DNA from: an uncultured Prevotella sp.
GTDB taxonomy: Bacteria; Bacteroidota; Bacteroidia; Bacteroidales; Bacteroidaceae
Direction: 5' to 3'
Assembly: GCA_946548065.1 (NCBI GenBank)
Contig: CAMNPM010000007.1
Span: 1,012 to 65,011, forward strand
Length of the DNA: 64,000 nucleotides
Shown: in pieces, positions 35,471 to 42,709 of the stretch
Position numbering within the stretch: the stretch's first letter is position 1
Layout of the letters: each line of letters opens with the position of its first letter
The notes under the pieces: model-generated
Database searches by the model: none
The model's input: the letters and a program-made list of their open reading frames with translations, nothing else
Told to the model about the DNA's origin: nothing
Translations under genes and position numbers: made by a program

Positions 35471-35619
35471 ATTGGTGGCAAAGTTACAAAGAACTGAGCA
35501 AACTACAAAATTTATTCCAAATAATTTTAACTTCACTCCAATTTGTGGAATTATCTGTAGAAAACATACCCTTTATTCATTCTTTTTTATTAATTTTGCA
35601 GCCAAAAACAAACAGCGAC

Positions 35620-36696
35620 ATGAAAAAGTGTATTTTATGGATGATGGCAGCCTGCCTGTTAGTGTGCAGCCCTGTCATGACATCATGCAGCAAAGACGAC
35701 AAGGAGTCGTCAGCCCCTGTGAAAAGGGAGTACTTCACCCTATGGAACAACTGTGAGGCCCTGACCGCACTGAAACAGTATGTCGAAGACGTAACCAACC
35801 CACAGTCGCCCAACTATATCCAGGCCGAAGACCGAATTGCCACCTTCGACATGGACGGCACCTTCTTAGCCGAGCTCTACCCTTCCTATTTTGAATATAA
35901 CATACTGGAATATCGTGTGCTCGACGATGCCAGCTACCGCGACAAGGCACCTGCCGACGTGCGTCAGGCTGCCCAGGACATCAGGGATTTCGTGCGCAAC
36001 GGAAAAGCTCTTCCTGCCCATTTCGACATGATTCACGCCCGTGCAGCTGCCAAGGCCTACGCAGGCATGACGCTCGCCGAGTTCGATAGCTACGTGAAGG
36101 CGTATTCCGCACTGCCTGCAAACGGATTCACAGGCATGACCAACGGCCAGGGATTCTATCAGCCAATGCTCGAAGTGTTCGACTATCTGAAAGACAACGG
36201 TTTCACCAGTTATGTCGTCTCAGGCTCCGACCGATTCATCTGCCGAGCACTTGTAGAGTCCATCGGCATCGCCCCCAACAGGGTCATTGGCATGGATGTA
36301 TGCCTCAAGTCAAGCCGACAGGGCGAGACTGCCGGTGTGAACTACGCCATGGGCAAAGAGGAATACCTGATACGCACCGACTCGCTGATTATCAAGAACC
36401 TTAAGACCAACAAAGTGCTACAGATTACACAGGAGATTGGCAAGGTGCCTGTGCTGTCGTTCGGCAACAGCGGTGGCGACACCTCGATGCACAACTTCTG
36501 CCTGGGAAACAGCAAGTACCGCACAGCAGCCTTCATGCTCATTGCCGACGATGATGTTCGCGACCATGCCAACCGCGAAAAGGCACTCAAACTGGGCGAG
36601 CAGTGGCGACAGGCAGGCTATCATGTCATCTCCATGCGCGACGACTTCAAGACCATCTATGGCAATGGAGTGCAAATGACCGCATTCACCTATTAA
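35620..36696 (+). CDS. HAD-family phosphatase lipoprotein
   Basis: Start MKKCIL at 35620; lipobox MTSC; FDMDGT, VVSGS, FGNSGGD. Confidence 0.88.
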   Translation: MKKCILWMMAACLLVCSPVMTSCSKDDKESSAPVKREYFTLWNNCEALTALKQYVEDVTNPQSPNYIQAEDRIATFDMDGTFLAELYPSYFEYNILEYRVLDDASYRDKAPADVRQAAQDIRDFVRNGKALPAHFDMIHARAAAKAYAGMTLAEFDSYVKAYSALPANGFTGMTNGQGFYQPMLEVFDYLKDNGFTSYVVSGSDRFICRALVESIGIAPNRVIGMDVCLKSSRQGETAGVNYAMGKEEYLIRTDSLIIKNLKTNKVLQITQEIGKVPVLSFGNSGGDTSMHNFCLGNSKYRTAAFMLIADDDVRDHANREKALKLGEQWRQAGYHVISMRDDFKTIYGNGVQMTAFTY

Positions 36697-37093
36697 AAAT
36701 GCTCAACAGTTCGGTGCAAGAAAATTCTATGAAGCGTCCCTTCTTGTCTTTCTCGTTCTTGACATCTGTCAGATTAAAATAGGTAGCCACTTCCCAGTCG
36801 GCAAAGAATCCATAGGGCTTCAAGCGTGTGTTCTGAAACGACCGCCCGATGCTCTTTTCCGGCACAGCCACCACCACCCGTTTCAGCCCTTGGTGCATCA
36901 GTTTGTCCAAGGCAATGAACATCAGCGCCCTGCTCTTACCCGATGCGGGCGGAGCCTTGATCAACAAGAATCGCCTGTTGCGGGCCTCGTAGGCCTTTGC
37001 CTGCATCTCGCGCATACCCAATTCGTTAGTACTGCTCGACTCACCTGTCTGTTGGTAACGTATATCTACGATGTTCTTGCTATTTTGTTCCAA
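36686..37093 (-). pseudogene. Truncated SF2 (DEAD/DEAH) helicase, YeeB-like N-terminal fragment
   Basis: GMREMQAKAY Q-motif region and Walker A APPASGKS, ending at 135 aa before Walker B and overlapping the 3' end of the HAD gene. Confidence 0.7.
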
Positions 37094-37157
37094 GTTTATT
37101 TGTTCATTCAGATTTTATTCGTAACTTTGCAGCAGAAATTTAAAGAAAGGAGTAGTC

Positions 37158-37445
37158 ATGACACTTGCAACAAGAAGAGTACAGTCCACCCCTATGGCTC
37201 CATACATTGATGTAATGAGAAGTATGGATGTAAACGATATGAATGCCGTTGTGGATTTTCTACAAGAGTCTATGCGCGAGGCAGAGGAAACCAAGCGTAA
37301 GGCTGACGATGAGTTTTTGGCCAAAAAAATGGCTGAGTTGGAAATCTCACCTGAAGTGGAAGAACTGTTCAACGGGTTAAGGCTTACACCCCAAGAGGCC
37401 GCCGATGAACGTACCAAATGGATCTTAGGTCTTGACAGAAAGTGA
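37158..37445 (+). CDS. Putative antitoxin of a PIN-domain TA pair
   Basis: 95-aa acidic protein; its stop overlaps the PIN gene start (GTGA); TAACTTTG promoter upstream. Confidence 0.65.
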   Translation: MTLATRRVQSTPMAPYIDVMRSMDVNDMNAVVDFLQESMREAEETKRKADDEFLAKKMAELEISPEVEELFNGLRLTPQEAADERTKWILGLDRK

Positions 37446-37861
37446 AAATATTTCTTGACACAAACGTTTTCATCGATATTGTTGATGAAAGAGAACACTC
37501 CATGCAAGGTCGTACGATATATGAACTTGCCCAAAGGGGTGTCTTTGAGGTATGTGCCTCTTATCTTACCTTTGCCAATATTAACTATATCAAACGGGAC
37601 ATTCCAAGAACTGATCGTTATAAACTTATGCGGAGTCTCCGAAAAGGCATTACGGTTCTTCCTTGTGATGCGCATCAACTTGACACCGCACTTGTCCATG
37701 ACGACGTGCGTGACTTTGAGGATCTCTTGCAATATATGTGTGCTGTTGCAGCTGACTGCGATGTCATTGTTACGAACAACATACGTGACTATCGAGAGTT
37801 CTGCCAGTTGCCGTTGATGACCTCGCGTGATTTTCTTTTGAATTTTTTCAGAAACCAATAA
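37442..37861 (+). CDS. PIN-domain (VapC-like) toxin
   Basis: IFLDTNVFID, DFEDLLQ, IVTNNIRDY acidic PIN residues. Confidence 0.88.
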   Translation: MKIFLDTNVFIDIVDEREHSMQGRTIYELAQRGVFEVCASYLTFANINYIKRDIPRTDRYKLMRSLRKGITVLPCDAHQLDTALVHDDVRDFEDLLQYMCAVAADCDVIVTNNIRDYREFCQLPLMTSRDFLLNFFRNQ

Positions 37862-37907
37862 GTTCTCCATTCTGTATCCCTAAAGTCTAATGTTTTTTGG
37901 AAGTCTG

Positions 37908-38040
37908 ATGACTACATTAGCATTGAACAATCTGTGGACATATCTTCAGGGGCTTTCACTCTCACAGAATGATCGCGAGTGGTTGGAAACAAACTGATCC
38001 TGCCAGTTGAGAAATCGGAAAGTTCCGATGAGCGCCAGTC
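37908..38040 (+). pseudogene. Frameshifted paralog of the antitoxin-like gene at 54259-54513
   Basis: MTTLALNNLWTYLQGLSLSQNDREWL then stop at 37995-37997; the -1 frame continues GNKLILP. Compare MTAVALNNLWTYIEGLSLKQKDREWLAGKLLEP. Confidence 0.75.
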
Positions 38041-38977
38041 AGGGGCGTCCTTGAAACGGGTGAGTAATAAACGCGCCGACCCTTTTGGTGTATTCCGCCC
38101 GGTGGTTCTTGTACGAACGGGCGTGGGCGGTTTCAGGGGCTATCCAGAGTTCTTTTGGAGCGGGTTTGGCCTCGTATAGCCGGTAGACCATACTGGTAGG
38201 TACAAACTTGTCTCTGTCGCCATGGATAAAGAGCATGGGATAATGGCATCTGGCTACCTGGCGGATGGCAGAGGCCTCGTCGAACGCCCAGCCATAACGC
38301 AGTTTGCAAATGACGTTGGTAGAGTACATCAGCGGGAATTCCGGCAAGCTGAACCGGTTTCTCATCTCACCGGCAAACTCGTCCCATACACTGGTATAGC
38401 CACAGTCGTCTACAAACCGGATGTCCTTGATGCCATCTGGCATCGGATGGGCCGACATCATCATCGTAGTAGCACCACCCATAGACACGCCATGAACCAC
38501 CATCGAATCGGTCTGAAACACCTCCAGCCACCGCAGCATGTCGAGCCTGTCGAGCCAGCCCATGCGCAGGGCCTCGCCGTCGCTCTGCCCACTGGCATAG
38601 AGGTCGGGCATGACGACGTTGTAGCCAAACTCGCGCTCATACATCCGGGCCAAATAGAAGAACTTGATAGCCTGGTCGCGCCAGCCATGAATGACAAGTG
38701 CCGTCCTACGACTGCCCGTATTCACATAATACGCATGACAGCGATACCCCTCAGGCATCGTGACGAAGGTATCGCGGAGCGCATCGATTCTCTGCAGGCT
38801 ATCCACCCACCCTACTGTCTCAGGATAGTTACCGAACAGCTGCCGATAACATGAGTCAGTATCAGCCCGGTTCTTGTCAGGCGCCAAAGAGTAGTCGAGC
38901 ATATAAAAGCTCGCTCCTATCGTAGCCACCACAAATACCAGCAGCACACACAGCAATGCCCAAACCGTTTTCTTCAT
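38039..38977 (-). CDS. Alpha/beta hydrolase with N-terminal membrane anchor
   Basis: Start MKKTVW at 38977; HGW, GVSMG, HGDRDKFVP, AHA catalytic-triad motifs. Confidence 0.9.
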   Translation of the reverse strand: MKKTVWALLCVLLVFVVATIGASFYMLDYSLAPDKNRADTDSCYRQLFGNYPETVGWVDSLQRIDALRDTFVTMPEGYRCHAYYVNTGSRRTALVIHGWRDQAIKFFYLARMYEREFGYNVVMPDLYASGQSDGEALRMGWLDRLDMLRWLEVFQTDSMVVHGVSMGGATTMMMSAHPMPDGIKDIRFVDDCGYTSVWDEFAGEMRNRFSLPEFPLMYSTNVICKLRYGWAFDEASAIRQVARCHYPMLFIHGDRDKFVPTSMVYRLYEAKPAPKELWIAPETAHARSYKNHRAEYTKRVGAFITHPFQGRP

Positions 38978-39160
38978 ATTGCTCACAATGAATCTCATTT
39001 CGCGGCGACAAAGGTACAAAAACTTTTTCAAAACAACGACTTTCATACTGATAAAACGTTTAAATGCCCTTTGCCAATAGGGATCTTGTGTTTCCTGGCG
39101 GCACAACGGCTTGGCCTCTCAGGTTGGCGCTGCAAAGGTACGACATCCGGTGGCAATGAC

Positions 39161-39190
39161 TTGAGGTTCCTTGAGGTTGCTTGAGGTTCC
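39161..39190 (-). promoter_or_regulatory. Three tandem 10-bp direct repeats upstream of a minus-strand promoter
   Basis: TTGAGGTTCC/TTGAGGTTGC/TTGAGGTTCC; minus-strand TACCTTTGCA at 39131-39140. Confidence 0.6.
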
Positions 39191-39300
39191 GTGTGATAAA
39201 ATATTCCTGAAGGCGGTAATTTCAGACTGAGGGTGATAAAATTTTCCTGGGGCCTGGTTCTGGCTTTTCCTTGCGCGTGTTATTATTTGAATCTTTTCAG

Positions 39301-39390
39301 CAGCTTAAGCTAAGCTTAAGCTTTAAGGCTAGCCCCCCCTATAAAGGGGGCTAGCCCTGAAGAAAGAAAGCTTAAAGAAAGACCAGCTTA
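39301..39390. repeat. GC hairpin 1 with AGCTTA-type flanking repeats
   Basis: GGCTAGCCCCCCC-TATAAA-GGGGGCTAGCC at 39327-39356; AGCTTA/TAAGCT repeats on both sides. Confidence 0.75.
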
Positions 39391-39600
39391 GAAGATCAGC
39401 AGGCCCTATCCCCCTGCCCTTCCCCGTGCCTTGGTTAGCTCGAAGCATTGCGGGAGTTAACTCAAATCGTCGTGCAAGTTAATTCGAATGAAGTTTTGAG
39501 TTAATGCAAGAAAGTCAATCTACTGGCTTTTAAAATATTATGGAAAACAGCTAAACAGCATACATCCACGAAACTCTAAAAAAATATGGCAAACTTACAA

Positions 39601-39652
39601 ACCGCATCCCGCCCCGAAACTCTGGAACCGCATCCCGCCCCGAAACTCTGGA
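39601..39652. repeat. Perfect 26-bp tandem duplication
   Basis: ACCGCATCCCGCCCCGAAACTCTGGA x2. Confidence 0.95.
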
Positions 39653-39680
39653 AAAAATGTTGAGAAATCGAGAAAATCCC

Positions 39681-39785
39681 AAAATTAAAATTTAAAATTA
39701 AAATAAAAAAATTAATTTAAAATTATGCCCCCTTTATAGGGGGGCATGAATTAATTTAAATTTAAATTTAATTTTTATTTAAAAA
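39681..39785. repeat. GC hairpin 2 (inverted copy of the hairpin 1 core) inside an almost pure A/T palindromic tract
   Basis: ATGCCCCC-TTTATA-GGGGGGCAT at 39725-39747; AAATTAA/TTAATTT repeats flanking. Confidence 0.75.
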
Positions 39786-39952
39786 GCAAGTTTTTAGACA
39801 ACATTGAAAAGTGCGATTTTTGCGCGCGATTTGTGGCGATTTAGGTTATATTAACAGTTGAAAGCAGTCGTTATTGGTGCTTTTTTTGTAATTTTGCACG
39901 GATAAGCAAATTACGCCGAATCGAGAAATAAAATTTTAAGAACTACACAATA

Positions 39953-41122
39953 ATGACACCAGTAAAGATTTTGAGCGTCGACGACGAGATGGACCTTGAG
40001 TTGCTCCTGACGCAATACTTCCGCCGCAAGATCCGTAAAGGAGAGTATGAATTCCACTTTGCCCACAACGGCCTTGAGGCGCTGACGGTGATGATGAAGG
40101 TGAAGGACATCGACATCATCCTGTCGGACATCAACATGCCGGAGATGGACGGTCTGACCCTCCTGGCCAAGATCAACGAGATGCAGAACCCCGCCATGAA
40201 GTGCATCATGGTATCGGCCTACGGCGACATGGGCAACATCCGCCAGGCGATGAACAACGGTGCCTTCGACTTTGCCACGAAGCCCATCGACCTGGACGAC
40301 CTGAGCGTGACCATCGAGAAGGCTGCCCAGCAGATAGACTACATCAAGCACTCGCAGGCTGAGCACACACAGCTGGAGTCGCTGAAGAGCGACCTGCAGG
40401 TGGCAGGCGAGATACAGCAGGCCATTCTGCCGCGCGTGTTTCCTCCGTTCCCCGAGAACGACCGCGAGCTGGACCTGGCAGCACTGATGACCCCGGCCAA
40501 GGACGTGGGCGGCGACTTCTACGACTTCTTCCGCATCGACGCCGACCACATCGGCCTGGTGATGGCCGACGTGAGCGGCAAGGGTGTGCCGGCCGCCATC
40601 TTCATGGCCGTGAGCCGTACGCTGATACGCACCATCGCGCTGCAGGGCTACCCCACTGACGTGTGTCTGACGAAGGCCAACGAGCTGCTGTGCGCCGAGT
40701 CGGTGGGCGGCATGTTCGTCACCGTGTTCTACTGCATCTACAACATCCGCACCGGCGAGCTGGAATACTGCAACGGCGGCCATAACTCGCCGTTCATCCT
40801 GCGCAGCGGCGGCCGTGTGGAGCAGATGCCCATGAGCACCAACTGCATAGTAGGCGTGGTGGAAGGCATAGACTACACCAGCGACCACACCAAGCTGGAG
40901 GTGGGCGACACGCTGGTGATGTACACCGACGGTGTGAACGAGGCCTTCAACCCGGCCCTTGAGGAGTATGGCGAGGCGCGCATGGAGGCGCTGCTGGGCA
41001 AGGTGAACGGTAAGAGCTGCCGCGAGGTGATTGACGGTCAGCTGGAGGATGTGAAACAGTTTGCCGACGGTGCCGACCAGAGTGACGACATCACCCTGCT
41101 GGCCCTGAAACGCAAAGCATAG
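39953..41122 (+). CDS. Receiver domain + SpoIIE/PP2C phosphatase (RsbU/RsbP-like)
   Basis: ILSVDD, LSDINMPEMDG, FATKP receiver; GGDFYD, ADVSGKG, YTDGVNEA, DDIT PP2C motifs; TAATTTTG box at 39889-39896. Confidence 0.93.
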   Translation: MTPVKILSVDDEMDLELLLTQYFRRKIRKGEYEFHFAHNGLEALTVMMKVKDIDIILSDINMPEMDGLTLLAKINEMQNPAMKCIMVSAYGDMGNIRQAMNNGAFDFATKPIDLDDLSVTIEKAAQQIDYIKHSQAEHTQLESLKSDLQVAGEIQQAILPRVFPPFPENDRELDLAALMTPAKDVGGDFYDFFRIDADHIGLVMADVSGKGVPAAIFMAVSRTLIRTIALQGYPTDVCLTKANELLCAESVGGMFVTVFYCIYNIRTGELEYCNGGHNSPFILRSGGRVEQMPMSTNCIVGVVEGIDYTSDHTKLEVGDTLVMYTDGVNEAFNPALEEYGEARMEALLGKVNGKSCREVIDGQLEDVKQFADGADQSDDITLLALKRKA

Positions 41123-41131
41123 GCAAGGGGT

Positions 41132-42709
41132 ATGGAGAAGAAATCAGCCACAGTGAACGTGATTGCAGGGCTGCTGCTTATCGGTGCGTGTGTAACGGCC
41201 GGCATACTCTACAGCCGTCAGGTGTCGAAGAACGCCGAGCTGGAGCAGCAGCTGCAGGAGCTGACCAAGCGCGAGCAGCAGTCGGTGGTGATGCAGCACG
41301 TGAATGCCCAGATGGAGGAGATAGCCAACGAGGAGCGGCGCATCAGCGACGAACAGCGCGACGTGGCTATCGAGCAGACGCGCGTGGCTGAGCAGGAGCG
41401 CCAGAACGCCGAGCAGCAGCGGCGCCAGGCCGAGACGGAGCGTCAGAACGCCCTGATAGCCGAGCAGAAGGCCGTGGAGGCATCGCAGACGGCTCAGAGC
41501 CAGCGTCGCATAGCCGAGCACCAGCGGTCGGAGGCCGAATACTCGAAGCGTGTGGCCGACACGCTGAGCTACATCACGCTGGCCCGCTCGCTGGGCAACA
41601 CGGCACAGACCCAGTACCGGGCCGGCAACCGCGAAGTGGCCGACCTGCTGGCCTATACGGCGATCATCTTCACCACCCGCTACCACGGCAACATCTACTA
41701 CCCATCGGTCTACCAGGCACTGGCCATGACCAGCCAGAACAGAAACTTATGGGCCAAGCATAAGGGCAGCATCACCGACATAGCCTTCTACGAAGACATC
41801 AAGGACGGCTTCGTATCGTGCAGCACCTACGGCGAAGTGCTCAAGCACCGTCTGGACGGCCCCAACCTGCAGACGAGCACCATCATACGCAACTCGAAAT
41901 ACGACTTCCGCGACGTGTATATCGACCGCAACAAGAAAATCATCTACGCCCTCAGCCGCACCAGCGAGCTGCTGGTGTTCAAGAACGAACAGCTGGTCGA
42001 GGTGCTGCCCGTCAGCGTAGCCAAGCTGAAGTGCATGGAAGTGGTGGGCCGGCAGTTCGTCCTGTTCGGCGAGTCAGGCATGGCCCTCTTCGACCCCGAG
42101 AGCCGTAAGATCCTGAAGACGAAGGACCTGTCGTTCCGGGTGGTATCCATCAGCCGCTACGACAATACGCCACTGCTCTTTGACGACCGCGGCCGCCAGC
42201 ACCTGATCAAGAGCTTCGACCGGATAGAGACGCAGCCGGTGCCGGTGAAAGGCCAGGTGACCGCCTTTGCCGAGTCGAAGAACCAGCATATCAAGGCCTA
42301 CGGCATGAAAGACGGCACACTCTACTACATCAACCCACAGGGCAAGGTCACCAGACTGAGCGGCCACCGCTCGCAGATCTCGAAGATCAAGATCAACGGC
42401 CAGCGCATCTACTCAGCGAGCTATGACGGCACGCTGAACCTGTGGATGACGAATCTGGCAAAGCTGGAAGCCATGACGCTGTTCAGCGTTCCGGGATGGA
42501 TCATCAACTTCACCTACGACCCTCGGAAGACCTACATCTGGACGGGCGACCAGAAAGGCGACCTGACGCAGGCCCTCATCTCAGTACCCATCATGATCAA
42601 GCGCCTGCAACGCCAGCTCAAACGCAACCTGACGCGCGAGGAATGGCAGTACTACATCGGCGACAACGTGCCTTATGAGGAGATCATCGGAAAGGAGGTG
42701 CGCCTATGA
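41132..42709 (+). CDS. N-terminally anchored coiled-coil + WD40-like beta-propeller protein
   Basis: TM helix at ~aa 9-26, ~110-aa Q/E/R-rich coiled coil, KHKGSITDIAF and SGHRSQISKI...SASYDGTLNLW WD repeats, C-terminal RNLTREEWQYYIG. Confidence 0.75.
   Translation: MEKKSATVNVIAGLLLIGACVTAGILYSRQVSKNAELEQQLQELTKREQQSVVMQHVNAQMEEIANEERRISDEQRDVAIEQTRVAEQERQNAEQQRRQAETERQNALIAEQKAVEASQTAQSQRRIAEHQRSEAEYSKRVADTLSYITLARSLGNTAQTQYRAGNREVADLLAYTAIIFTTRYHGNIYYPSVYQALAMTSQNRNLWAKHKGSITDIAFYEDIKDGFVSCSTYGEVLKHRLDGPNLQTSTIIRNSKYDFRDVYIDRNKKIIYALSRTSELLVFKNEQLVEVLPVSVAKLKCMEVVGRQFVLFGESGMALFDPESRKILKTKDLSFRVVSISRYDNTPLLFDDRGRQHLIKSFDRIETQPVPVKGQVTAFAESKNQHIKAYGMKDGTLYYINPQGKVTRLSGHRSQISKIKINGQRIYSASYDGTLNLWMTNLAKLEAMTLFSVPGWIINFTYDPRKTYIWTGDQKGDLTQALISVPIMIKRLQRQLKRNLTREEWQYYIGDNVPYEEIIGKEVRL

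Noticed and set aside
39161-39652. CRISPR array in the repeat-rich intergenic region
   Set aside because: Repeats are directly tandem with no unique spacers, only 2-3 copies, and no cas genes are present
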